NCBI RefSeq assembly: GCF_004102945.1
Contig: NZ_CP019384.1
Coordinates: 600,001-632,000 of the forward strand
Direction: 5' to 3'
DNA length: 32,000 bases
DNA from: Candidatus Velamenicoccus archaeovorus
Lineage (GTDB): Bacteria > Omnitrophota > Gorgyraeia > Velamenicoccales > Velamenicoccaceae
Of this stretch, positions 8,542 to 17,127 are shown piece after piece. The notes beneath the pieces were generated by a model. It was not told where the DNA came from, made no database searches, and worked only from the letters and a program-made list of their open reading frames with translations. Each line of letters starts with the position of its first letter. Position 1 is the stretch's first letter. The position numbers and the translations under genes are program-made.

Positions 8542-8713
8542 TCTTTTGGAACTGGCATTGATCGTTTTGATGATTGTTTTTTATTTTCTGCCAACCCTAG
8601 TTGCGTACTTCAGGCAGCATAAGAACATTCTGGCTATTTTTGTGCTGAATCTTCTTTTGGGCTGGACTGTTTTGGGATGGGTAGGTTCTTTGGTCTGGTC
8701 GGTGATGAAATAA
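8522..8713 (+). CDS. Imm_superinfect-family small membrane protein
   Basis: 63 aa. YFLPTLVAYFRQHKNILAIFVLNLLLGWTVLGWVGSLVWSV carries the family hallmark (GWT..GW....W). GGAGGAGG RBS 8 nt upstream. The start lies inside the 3' end of the TraL-like gene. Confidence 0.7.
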   Translation: MQMQSFSLLELALIVLMIVFYFLPTLVAYFRQHKNILAIFVLNLLLGWTVLGWVGSLVWSVMK

Positions 8714-8760
8714 ATTCTATAAGTGCCAGGAGTTGATTCAAAAGGACTTTAATGGATTCG

Positions 8761-8788
8761 TTGATAATCCAAGCTTAAATGTTATAAT
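8761..8788 (+). promoter_or_regulatory. sigma70-like promoter TTGATA-N16-TATAAT upstream of the NYN gene
   Basis: TTGATA at 8761-8766 and TATAAT at 8783-8788, about 54 nt upstream of the ATG at 8842. Confidence 0.5.
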
Positions 8789-8841
8789 GTGCCAAGTCCA
8801 ATGTAACCAGGAAATGTCCATGAATCCGGTCGAGGTTAACT

Positions 8842-9516
8842 ATGAAACACTCAGAATTTATTAGCTTACTGGATACAAACAAAGAGACAAGCGTCATTGC
8901 CTATCTGGATTTGAGTAATATGTTTCATTGGCAGGATACGCTAAAATGGCAGTTTTCCATTTATCGTGTTATTAAACAATTGCTATCGATTAAACAAATT
9001 AAAGAGGTGCGGGTTTATTACGGCTTAAATGAACGCGAGATGGAGAAATCCCAGCGGTTCCATCAACGGATGAGAGAAAGCGGAGCGATCCTCGTTACCA
9101 AACCAGTAAAATGGATAAAAAAAGAAATCGGCAAAAGCCTTTTTGTGAAGTCATTTACTCTTAATCGTCTTGATCAAAATGCTCATTCGAAGTTAGATGA
9201 GTTCATTAATTATTTGCAAGAGAAGCAACTAAGTATTGAGGAGCCAAAGTGCAATTTCGATGTTGAAATAGCGCTGGATATGCTTGACGCAATAGACAAG
9301 GTGTCTGGTATTTTGCTTTTTTCCGGAGATTCTGATTTGCACGAGCCGTTGGCGAGGCTAAAGCTTAAAGGAAAAAATATTTATGTTTTTGGGGTGAGAG
9401 GACAGGTCGCGCGAGAACTTTGGAATTCCTGCGCGAAGTATATTAATTTTGGAAAGTGGTATGAGGGCCCTAGAAAGCGAAAATCCCGACCACAAGGATC
9501 GGGACCGCGTGTTTAG
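8842..9516 (+). CDS. NYN-domain (LabA/DUF88-like) predicted ribonuclease
   Basis: The three acidic NYN motifs occur in order: AYLDLSNMF, NFDVEIALDMLD, LLFSGDSDL. The C-terminus is a basic tail (PRKRKSRPQGSGPRV). Confidence 0.7.
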   Translation: MKHSEFISLLDTNKETSVIAYLDLSNMFHWQDTLKWQFSIYRVIKQLLSIKQIKEVRVYYGLNEREMEKSQRFHQRMRESGAILVTKPVKWIKKEIGKSLFVKSFTLNRLDQNAHSKLDEFINYLQEKQLSIEEPKCNFDVEIALDMLDAIDKVSGILLFSGDSDLHEPLARLKLKGKNIYVFGVRGQVARELWNSCAKYINFGKWYEGPRKRKSRPQGSGPRV

Positions 9517-9599
9517 GCAGGTCTGTTTCCAGCCTGCACATACAATATGCCACAACCTATGGTTTCTGTCAAGGTCTTTTTTGAGTGGTGTAAAAAACC

Positions 9600-9627
9600 T
9601 TGACAATCTTGAATTATAGTATATAGT
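9600..9627 (+). promoter_or_regulatory. sigma70-like promoter TTGACA-N16-TATAGT
   Basis: TTGACA at 9600-9605 and TATAGT at 9622-9627. The -35 lies inside the right arm of an inverted repeat, GTCAAGGTCTTTTTT (9568-9582) / AAAAAACCTTGAC (9592-9604). Confidence 0.45.
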
Positions 9628-9633
9628 AATTTT

Positions 9634-9735
9634 GTAAGTTAAAAGTTGGAACAAATTTGAAGTAAGCAGTCCTATTGGAACAACCAAGGGGCTGGTTTCT
9701 GAGGCAAAACCTCAGAAGCCAGCCCCTTTTTATTT
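9634..9735 (+). ncRNA. candidate ~100-nt sRNA or terminator-containing leader (promoter to intrinsic terminator)
   Basis: Bounded by the promoter at 9600-9627 and the terminator at 9688-9735. Contains the direct repeat TTGGAACAA twice (9646-9654, 9675-9683). No convincing ORF. Confidence 0.3.
9688..9735 (+). terminator. strong rho-independent terminator
   Basis: GGGGCTGGTTTCTGAGG-caaaa-CCTCAGAAGCCAGCCCC forms a 17-bp stem with one G:U pair, followed by TTTTTATTT. Confidence 0.75.
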
Positions 9736-9745
9736 GCCCAAAAAC

Positions 9746-10369
9746 ATGTTCAATTCACAAGAAAACAACGGAATGGGAAAACGCTCGGGTTTCCTTGAAA
9801 AATGGGCCTGCGCTGAACAGAGCAGCGCCTTCCTGGGGATCACTCTTTACGCCTGCATAGCCTTCTGTCTCGTTCTTCTTATCACGGTGTTTAAGTTATC
9901 CACAAGGCCTCAGGCTATTTACTATATTCCAAGCTCGCATGAGGCTGGGATCGCTTATCCCAACCAGATAGGAAAAGAGGCTGTTTGTAGCTTTGCCTCA
10001 AACTGGCTGCTGGACCGCAATAACTTCACTCCCGTGACGGTCAAGGATACCTATATAAGGGCCATGCGTTACATGGCGCCGGCGCTTCTTTCAAGAACAA
10101 AGGCCGGCCTTGAAGATGAGGTCGCGCGTGTTCTGCGCGACAATATCTCATCCTTATTTTCTTTAAGCAAGGATCCGCAGCTGGAGGAATCGGGCAAGGA
10201 TTTCAAGGTGACATTGACCGGAGAAAAGTCGCTCTTCATGGGCAAAGAAAAACTGGATGACCGTAGCCTTCGCTATACGATTACCCTGGAAAAGGTTTCT
10301 CCGGTTCAAAGCAACCCTTACGGCCTGGTTATTGCAGGGGTAAAACAAGAACAGATAGGGGAACAATGA
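9746..10369 (+). CDS. traE: TraE/VirB8-like bitopic T4SS protein (TIGR03746-like)
   Basis: A single N-terminal TM helix (ITLYACIAFCLVLLITVF) is followed by a soluble domain. Its position between the TraL-like and TraK-like genes matches the F-type order. The start is uncertain (TTG 9734, ATG 9746 or ATG 9773) and none has a good RBS. Confidence 0.45.
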   Translation: MFNSQENNGMGKRSGFLEKWACAEQSSAFLGITLYACIAFCLVLLITVFKLSTRPQAIYYIPSSHEAGIAYPNQIGKEAVCSFASNWLLDRNNFTPVTVKDTYIRAMRYMAPALLSRTKAGLEDEVARVLRDNISSLFSLSKDPQLEESGKDFKVTLTGEKSLFMGKEKLDDRSLRYTITLEKVSPVQSNPYGLVIAGVKQEQIGEQ

Positions 10370-11112
10370 GAACATCCATCGCAGCCTTTCGTCCTTTTAG
10401 CATATTTTGCGCTCTGTTGATCGTTTTTGGATTGGTCCTGACAGATGCGTTTGGAGAGTCTGCGGCTGTTAACGGCGCCGAAGATGCCATACCTTTGCGG
10501 TTGAAAACCGGCATGGTGACGCAGGCAGAGTTTCCTGAAAAGATCGCGGACGTCACTAAGAGCGTTTCTTCGGATTTCCTCGAGGTAGAGACTCTGGGCA
10601 ACAGGATGTTTTTGCTGCCGCTTAAAAATTTTGATTCTTATCTTCATGTCGTCACAGAAGACAACATCTCTTATTGCTTGCATTTGATCATGGATAACGT
10701 AGAGGCGCCTACCTGTATTGAAATTAAAAAAAGAACTCAATCCAAAGAGAAAGTCCAAGGCTATGGGGTTATGAACACGGTTGAGCTGATGAAGGTGCTT
10801 TTAAAGGGAGAAGAGCCGCCAGGGGCAGCTATCGCAGGGTCCAGCGGCCAGGAGGTCTTCAATAACGGGGTCTTCCGCATATCAACGGATAAGGTTTATG
10901 AGCTTGGAGGCGGGGCCAAAGCGCTGGTGTTGCGTTTTGAAAACCTAATGGATAAGCCCATTGTGCTGCCTATAGAGAATATAGAGCTACCGGGGTTAGT
11001 CGCAGTCAGCGTGGATGCCCAGGTTTTAGGGCCAAGGCCCCGCACCCAGGCTAAAAACAGTTCCAGTTCCATGACAAAGGCCTACATGATCATTGAGCCG
11101 CAGGATCAGTAA
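10366..11112 (+). CDS. traK: TraK/VirB9-like periplasmic T4SS protein (TIGR03749-like)
   Basis: Signal peptide (FCALLIVFGLVLTDAFG). A beta-rich N-terminal domain follows the TraK pattern (LRLKTGMVTQAEFPEKI...LEVETLGNRMFLLPLK...LHVVTEDN). ATGA overlap with the upstream gene. Confidence 0.5.
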   Translation: MRTSIAAFRPFSIFCALLIVFGLVLTDAFGESAAVNGAEDAIPLRLKTGMVTQAEFPEKIADVTKSVSSDFLEVETLGNRMFLLPLKNFDSYLHVVTEDNISYCLHLIMDNVEAPTCIEIKKRTQSKEKVQGYGVMNTVELMKVLLKGEEPPGAAIAGSSGQEVFNNGVFRISTDKVYELGGGAKALVLRFENLMDKPIVLPIENIELPGLVAVSVDAQVLGPRPRTQAKNSSSSMTKAYMIIEPQDQ

Positions 11113-11122
11113 GGAAATATCC

Positions 11123-12355
11123 ATGATCAAAATCTCGTTTAAGGGCATTCCGGGCTTTAATGTCATGGCATCGATGCTAGCTCATAAGCCGCGGCTGGTT
11201 ATTTTAGCGGCCTGTTGCTTGGCTATCGTTCTAGGATTCTTGGCTTTCACAGGCGTCAAAGAGACCAAAAACATCAAGAAAAGCCTTATAGCATCTGATC
11301 TTTCTAAGGCAAAAAACAGCCCTGAAGATAAAGATGTCGGCGTCCTTGTAGGCTCTGTGGATACCAAGACATATGTTTCCCGCATTGAAAAACAATACTA
11401 TGACATAGCCTCTCGCCAGGATAGTAGCGAAGCGCACCTGGGGCAGCTTGAAAAAGACATAGCTATCCTGCGAAAGAACCAGTCTGAGGTAAGCAAGATT
11501 GTCATGGATCTTGATAAAAGGGTGACGATTGCGCTGTCCGAAAGCATGAATTTAGGCAAGTCGGGCTCCCAGGAGAATCAGGAGGGCAGTGGTGAAGGGA
11601 TTCTGGGTAATTCGTTGTCCGGGATAACTCCCGTAAAGCCCGCGATGCGCCTGGAGATGGCTAAAGTCAATGAGATTAATGAAGAAGCCAATGCTGAGAA
11701 AAAAAGATACGTTTATCTGCCGTTGGGGAGTTTTGTCAAAGGCACTCTTTTGACCGGCGTGTATGCGCCTGTGAACGTCAATAATCCTTTGCCTGTCTTA
11801 ATCAGCGTGGACGAGGCTTTTTACGGCCCTAATAATACAAGGGTCCCCCTAAAAGGGGCTTTTGCCATTGGTAAGGCCATAGGTGATGTTGTTTCCAAGA
11901 GGGCCATTATTCAGATTGTCGGCTTTTCGATTGTGTTGCCTGGAGGCAACACTTTTGAGCATGAGGGTAACTTAGGGTATCTGACAGACGAGACCGGCCG
12001 CCTGGGTATTCCAGGAGAGCTGATTTACAACACAGGCAAGCAGTTATCTTTAAGCTTCCTCTCGGGGTTTTTGGCAGGAGGAGCTGAGGCGCTCTCTCAG
12101 GCCCAGACGACAAGCGTGGTGGGCGCCTACGGCCAGACTAGCCAGAACGTCACAGGAAACACAGGTAATTACGCCATGTTCTCAGGGTTGGCTAACAGCG
12201 CCCAGGGCATGGCCTCGTACTATCAAAAACAATTGGAGGCCATGATCCCTGCCATAAAGATCGAGGCAGGCACAAAAGTGACTTTGGTCATCCAGAAAGG
12301 AGTGGAAATTGAAGGCCTTAAAGCTTCTGTTGACGATTTCGATTATGTTGATTAG
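11123..12355 (+). CDS. traB: TraB/VirB10-like T4SS protein (TIGR03752-like)
   Basis: N-terminal TM helix (LVILAACCLAIVLGFLAF), a coiled-coil segment, and a C-terminal domain matching the TraB pattern (YLPLGSFVKGTLLTGVYAP...PVLISVDEAFYGPNN...GYLTDETGRLGIPGE). ATG 11123 with an AAGGAA RBS is preferred over TTG 11093. Confidence 0.6.
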   Translation: MIKISFKGIPGFNVMASMLAHKPRLVILAACCLAIVLGFLAFTGVKETKNIKKSLIASDLSKAKNSPEDKDVGVLVGSVDTKTYVSRIEKQYYDIASRQDSSEAHLGQLEKDIAILRKNQSEVSKIVMDLDKRVTIALSESMNLGKSGSQENQEGSGEGILGNSLSGITPVKPAMRLEMAKVNEINEEANAEKKRYVYLPLGSFVKGTLLTGVYAPVNVNNPLPVLISVDEAFYGPNNTRVPLKGAFAIGKAIGDVVSKRAIIQIVGFSIVLPGGNTFEHEGNLGYLTDETGRLGIPGELIYNTGKQLSLSFLSGFLAGGAEALSQAQTTSVVGAYGQTSQNVTGNTGNYAMFSGLANSAQGMASYYQKQLEAMIPAIKIEAGTKVTLVIQKGVEIEGLKASVDDFDYVD

Positions 12356-12713
12356 CTCCGGCTGCGCGGCTTCCCATAAGGTGGTTGTTAGCGGCGCCCA
12401 AGATAAGGTGATGGACGCGTATCTTTCAGCAGTGAGTTCAGGCAGGCGCGACTCTGCTGATTTTATAAGAGACAAGCTGAAGATTGATAAAGCATTTGGA
12501 TATGTCGCGCCTTATACGCCTGTCATCAAGCCTGCGGATGTCAGGCTTGTCTGGATCCCTGCTCATAAGTCAAAAGAGGACAAAGATACCCTGGTGGCCG
12601 GCCACTGGATATACGTCATAGTGCGGGAACCGGGTTGGTTCATCGATTCCCAAAAACAGGATAAAGCAAAGATCCCTTTATTGGTTCCTTATAAGGAAAC
12701 CAGCGCGAAATGA
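12309..12713 (+). CDS. traV: TraV-like conjugal transfer lipoprotein (TIGR03751-like)
   Basis: Lipobox MKALKLLLTISIMLISSGC. TTG start with a GGAG RBS. It sits immediately before the VirB4/TraC gene, as in F-type systems. Confidence 0.5.
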   Translation: MKALKLLLTISIMLISSGCAASHKVVVSGAQDKVMDAYLSAVSSGRRDSADFIRDKLKIDKAFGYVAPYTPVIKPADVRLVWIPAHKSKEDKDTLVAGHWIYVIVREPGWFIDSQKQDKAKIPLLVPYKETSAK

Positions 12714-15244
12714 TCAAAACCCAGACCCTTGAGTCTTTTTTTGAAGAAGGCAGGTCTTTTATAGAGCTTCTGCCTTATCACACCCATGAAAACGGCTTTT
12801 TCGTGCTTAAAGACGGAAGCCTGGGCCAGATATGGGAGATTTCGCTTATCGAAAGCGAGACTAAATCCGCAAGCCACCTGGAGGAGTTGAGCCGGTCCTT
12901 GGAAGGGATTCTCTTGAGGCTTCCTGAAGATATGGTCAGTTGCCAGGTTATCCTTGTCTGCGACAACGGAATTGGCAAGAGGCTAAAAGCATATGAGGGC
13001 CAGTCAGGTGTTTTCGACAATGAGATCATCAGAAGCTCAAGTGAGAGCAAAATAAAACACCTCGAAGAAGGTAGGCATGGATTTTTTGAACAGGCGATCG
13101 GCGCCTTCTCCTCCAAGAGGATACGCTGTTTTTTCACCCTGAGGTATTTCCCGACGTGGGTATATCCGGCCTTTGGCGATAAGGTCCGCTTTTATTTTAC
13201 AGGCAAAGATACGATCGGAAGAAAGATCGAGCAGGATTTCCTGGTTTACTGCCAGACCATTGCCAGATTCTGCGAAGTCGTCGAAGGGGTCTTTAAGGCC
13301 TCTGAGATCAGCTATTTGAAAGTGGATGAGAAAGAGTTGCATGAGTTCTTGTATTTAATGCTGAACCCCAAACACAGTCAGGGTATGAGAGTGCCTGATT
13401 TAAGGCAAGATGGATATATGGCTGATCAGGTTTTGTACAATGCGCCAAGGGTTTCAGGGGAAGGCTTCGAGTTTGAGGATAGATTATTTCAGGTCGTGAC
13501 CTTGAAAGAGCTGCCTTTAAACACAGAGCCGGGCATGTTCAGCGCTGAGATCGTCCGGGGGATGCGTTTTTCCATGCTGGATATGATGAAGGATTTCACC
13601 ATGGTGATCAACTTCCATATTCCCAGGCAGGAAGAGGCCTTAAAGAGGATCAAGATGCAGAAGGCCTTTGCCTTCCTGCAACGCTCGACGTATTTCGGAG
13701 ATAAGTCCATCGAGGCCCAGGAGAAAAAGGAAGAGCTGGATTCTGTCGTCAAAGAGACCTTCAGCTCAGGCCACAAAATCATCTATCCCCGGATTCATTT
13801 TATCGTGTCCGGCGAAAGCCAGGAGTCCTGCAATAACCTGACCGATAACATGTTGAACGCTTTGTCTCGTATGGGTGCCGAGGGCTTGAAAGAAGAGATC
13901 ATCGCCGGATCACTTTTCTTATCATGCCTGCCTTTATGCTTCGACCATCATTATGAAAAATTCATCAAGCGCACCAGGCGTATAGTTTCAGACAATCTTG
14001 CCGACATGCTTCCATTGTACGGATCGGTCCGCGGGACCCAGGCGCCGGCCCAGCTGTACTTAAACAGAAGAGGCGAGCCTGTGTTCTGGGATTTTTTTGA
14101 TTCCAACACAAACCCGCACACGATTGTCATCGGCGCCTCAGGCTCAGGCAAGAGTTTTTTCGTGAATGACTTCATTCTTCAGAACGCGCGCCTGGATTCG
14201 CATTTCTTTGTTTTGGACAAGGGGGATTCCTATAAGAAGCTCTGTTCGGTCCTAGGTGGCCAGTACATAAGGTTTGAGCTCAATGATCCCGTGACCATCA
14301 ATCCTTTCTTAAAAGTGCCTGACGCAGAACACTTGGCGTTCCTGGTGACGATGCTCTCCCAGATGTGTTCAGGCGGCGATGAAAGGGAAAGGTTGTTGCG
14401 CGAACACGAAGGCGTGCTTCAGCAGGCGATCTTGGCCGCCTATAAGGGCAAGACCAAAGATCAGGAACTGGTCCTGTCGGATGTGGTTGAGAAGCTTAAA
14501 AGCCACAGCTGCAACAGGAAACTCGGGGTTGGCGAAAGCATCGGTATAAAGCTTGCCCTGAAGCTCAGGTCTTTTACCAAGGAAGGTCCTTTTGGCAAGT
14601 TCTTCGACGGGAAAAATCAGTTCAGCCTTGGCGCCAAGTTTACTGTCTTTGAGCTGGGGAATTTAAGCTCACATCAGGACCTGCAGGTGGTGGTTCTTTT
14701 GAACATCATGTATTTCATCACGCATTTTGTCTCGCAGTCCGAAATGAAGCCCAAGCGCAAATTTCTGCTTATAGATGAGGCCTGGAGTTTACTCAAGCTC
14801 CAGAACACGGCTGACTTCATCACCAATTCGTTTAAGACCTATCGCAAATACAGGTGTTCCTGTTGCGCCATAACGCAGGAGATCACGGACTTAATAGGAA
14901 AGGAATGCGGTATTGCCATCCAGGCCAACGCAGCCAACAAGGTATTTTTAAAGCAGGAGCCTAATGTCATTGACTCCCTGAGAGGCTTTGCATCGTTGTC
15001 CGATAAGGAAATTGAGCTCTTGAAGTCCGTTGAGACCCAGAAGGGGAGGTTCTCGGAGGCCCTCATGATTTCGGATTCATCCCGCGGCGTCATCCGTCTT
15101 GTGCCCGATCCTTTTCTTTACTGGCTGGCCACAAGCGATGCCAAGGACAACGCCTACCTGGAGGAGAAGGTGAAAAAATTCGAAGGCAGGTATTTGGAGG
15201 CGCTTTCAGAATGCGCCAAGGAGAAACCTTATGGCTTACGCTAG
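12710..15244 (+). CDS. traC: T4SS ATPase TraC/VirB4 family (TIGR03744-like)
   Basis: 844 aa. Walker A VIGASGSGKSFFV and Walker B KFLLIDEAWSLL. ATGA overlap with the upstream lipoprotein gene. Confidence 0.85.
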   Translation: MIKTQTLESFFEEGRSFIELLPYHTHENGFFVLKDGSLGQIWEISLIESETKSASHLEELSRSLEGILLRLPEDMVSCQVILVCDNGIGKRLKAYEGQSGVFDNEIIRSSSESKIKHLEEGRHGFFEQAIGAFSSKRIRCFFTLRYFPTWVYPAFGDKVRFYFTGKDTIGRKIEQDFLVYCQTIARFCEVVEGVFKASEISYLKVDEKELHEFLYLMLNPKHSQGMRVPDLRQDGYMADQVLYNAPRVSGEGFEFEDRLFQVVTLKELPLNTEPGMFSAEIVRGMRFSMLDMMKDFTMVINFHIPRQEEALKRIKMQKAFAFLQRSTYFGDKSIEAQEKKEELDSVVKETFSSGHKIIYPRIHFIVSGESQESCNNLTDNMLNALSRMGAEGLKEEIIAGSLFLSCLPLCFDHHYEKFIKRTRRIVSDNLADMLPLYGSVRGTQAPAQLYLNRRGEPVFWDFFDSNTNPHTIVIGASGSGKSFFVNDFILQNARLDSHFFVLDKGDSYKKLCSVLGGQYIRFELNDPVTINPFLKVPDAEHLAFLVTMLSQMCSGGDERERLLREHEGVLQQAILAAYKGKTKDQELVLSDVVEKLKSHSCNRKLGVGESIGIKLALKLRSFTKEGPFGKFFDGKNQFSLGAKFTVFELGNLSSHQDLQVVVLLNIMYFITHFVSQSEMKPKRKFLLIDEAWSLLKLQNTADFITNSFKTYRKYRCSCCAITQEITDLIGKECGIAIQANAANKVFLKQEPNVIDSLRGFASLSDKEIELLKSVETQKGRFSEALMISDSSRGVIRLVPDPFLYWLATSDAKDNAYLEEKVKKFEGRYLEALSECAKEKPYGLR

Positions 15245-15683
15245 GAGATTTTTTATTTTATTGTTTCTTCTGTCATTGGCCGGCTGCTGCAGTCTTGCTT
15301 CAAAAGTCAAGAAGGAAAGCGATTATGAACAAGGCTATAGAGTCGGCGTCAAAGAAAATATCCATGATTTTGCGCAAAGCTTCTACGGCAATGAGTTCCC
15401 TTATTTTTACTGGCAGAGCCCCATTGTCCAGAATGTAGTCATGCCAGCTCATATTGAAAATGGAATATTCATCCCTGAACACAATGAGCTGGTCATGATT
15501 GAACCGGGCCAATGGAGAAAGAGATTCGGCTACTCGATCAGGGGTGCGAAGAATAAGTCGGACAAAACAGAAGGAGAGGATTATGCGCTCAAGTATTTTG
15601 ATTTTGATAGCAGGGATATTACTGTGTTTCCCGAATCCTACGCAGGCGATAAACCAGGAAACGAAGTCAAAGATTCTCGTTAG
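15231..15683 (+). CDS. small lipoprotein next to the secretin (candidate pilotin / PilL-position protein)
   Basis: Lipobox FILLFLLSLAGCCS. 150 aa. Overlaps traC by 14 nt, and the inferred secretin start by 101 nt in a different frame. Confidence 0.45.
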   Translation: MAYARRFFILLFLLSLAGCCSLASKVKKESDYEQGYRVGVKENIHDFAQSFYGNEFPYFYWQSPIVQNVVMPAHIENGIFIPEHNELVMIEPGQWRKRFGYSIRGAKNKSDKTEGEDYALKYFDFDSRDITVFPESYAGDKPGNEVKDSR

Positions 15684-17127
15684 CGAGTGGCAAGCGGCAA
15701 AATCAGATGCCGGCGTTTCCGGGGATAAGCAAATCTCAGCGGCCGCAGACGAGGTTAAAAAAGATACGAAACCGGCTGGATTGCCGCCAGTCTTCTCAAA
15801 AAAGATCACCTTGAGGGCAAACAGTGTCAGCATAAGGACGATCTTAGGCAGGATAGGCGAGTTGACAGGATTGAACGTGGTTTATGACCCCGAATTCAAC
15901 TCAGATACGGTCGTGGCCCTGGATGTACAAGATGCGTCCATATGGCAGGTGCTGAGCGACGTCCTTTTTCCCTTATCAAGCAGCTTCAAGGTCAAAGACA
16001 AAAGTCTCATCATCGTCGCCAGGGAAACCCGGGTCTTTAAGCTGAGTTTGCCTCCGGGGAGCCAGGATTTTAGCGATACGGTGAGCAATGAGTCGTGGAC
16101 GAATCCGGAAGGCAATACCTCAAACAACACAGGAACTTTGTCCGGCGCCACCTCCAATATGAGCGTCAAAGTAGGCGCCAAGGTCTTTGTGGAAACCAAG
16201 GAGGGCAGCATCTCTTTCTGGAAGGATATGGAGACCAACCTTTCGAAGATGATTTCTGCAAGAGGAAAATACTCTTTTAACAAGCCTGCGGGTTTAGTCG
16301 TGGTTTCGGATAATCCGATCTGCCTGGACGAAATAGGCCGATACATTGACCTGGTCAACGCCGAAAGCAGCAAGCAGATATTGATTGAGGTCAAGGTGCT
16401 GGAAGTGAGCTTATCCCGACAGAATGCCGGCGGCATAGACTGGAATGCCATCTATAAGAACTTGGCCGGTATCAAAAAACTGACCCTCAGCTCTAATTTT
16501 ACGGGTCAGAGCATCGCGTCAGGAAGTCTTTTTACCTTGAGTGCGGCCAGTCCGAAGGATGATTCGGGAACCGGATCAAACGGTTTAAGCGTCTTGATCC
16601 AGGCGCTTGAAAGCCAAGGGAAGGTTGAGGTGATTTCGCAGCCCAAGGTCATGCTTTTGAACAACCAGTCCGCCATGGTCCAGGTCGGGACCGTGACGAG
16701 TTATGTTTCCAACACGACGACCACAGCCACACAGGCAGGCTTGGTGGCGACAAGCGCCAATACGGACCAGGTCCAGGAAGGCGTGACTTTAAGGCTTATG
16801 GCCAGTATTCGGCATGACGAGATCCTCGTGCAGCTGACTCCCGTGGTGACGACCTTGGATCAGATCAGGAGTATCAGCATGGGGAGCGGTGTTACCATAG
16901 AGGCGCCTAAGACGTCCACCCGGTCCATGCACACGCTTGTCAAGATCAAGGACGGCCAGACCATCGCTGTCGGCGGCCTGATCACATCCAATGACACCAA
17001 AAGCAAGCAAGGCATACCCGTTTTAAGCGAGCTTCCATTCGTGGGGAGGCTCTTTGAGTTTAAGAATAAATCCCTGACCAGGACCGAGCTGGTCATCTTT
17101 ATTACTCCTAAAATACTGCCGCGATGA
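15583..17127 (+). CDS. secretin (type IV pilus / T2SS outer-membrane channel, PilN/PilQ/GspD family)
   Basis: Signal peptide MRSSILILIAGILLCFPNPTQA after a GGAGAGG RBS. N0-like domain (ITLRANSVSIRTILGRIGELTGLNVVY). C-terminal secretin domain (LIQALESQGKVEVISQPKVMLLNNQSAMVQVGT ... DGQTIAVGGLI...GIPVLSELPFVGRLFEFKNK...ELVIFITPKIL). Confidence 0.85.
   Translation: MRSSILILIAGILLCFPNPTQAINQETKSKILVSEWQAAKSDAGVSGDKQISAAADEVKKDTKPAGLPPVFSKKITLRANSVSIRTILGRIGELTGLNVVYDPEFNSDTVVALDVQDASIWQVLSDVLFPLSSSFKVKDKSLIIVARETRVFKLSLPPGSQDFSDTVSNESWTNPEGNTSNNTGTLSGATSNMSVKVGAKVFVETKEGSISFWKDMETNLSKMISARGKYSFNKPAGLVVVSDNPICLDEIGRYIDLVNAESSKQILIEVKVLEVSLSRQNAGGIDWNAIYKNLAGIKKLTLSSNFTGQSIASGSLFTLSAASPKDDSGTGSNGLSVLIQALESQGKVEVISQPKVMLLNNQSAMVQVGTVTSYVSNTTTTATQAGLVATSANTDQVQEGVTLRLMASIRHDEILVQLTPVVTTLDQIRSISMGSGVTIEAPKTSTRSMHTLVKIKDGQTIAVGGLITSNDTKSKQGIPVLSELPFVGRLFEFKNKSLTRTELVIFITPKILPR

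Noticed and set aside
9675-9860. 61-aa ORF spanning the terminator hairpin
   Set aside because: It reads through the 17-bp stem-loop and overlaps the TraE-like gene out of frame, with no RBS.
15300-16451. Minus-strand ORFs of 177 aa and 189 aa (15300-15833, 15882-16451)
   Set aside because: Both are fully antisense to the well-supported lipoprotein and secretin genes and have no recognisable motifs or RBS. The same applies to the antisense ORFs inside hsdM (29041-29436, 29518-30003, 29958-30269).
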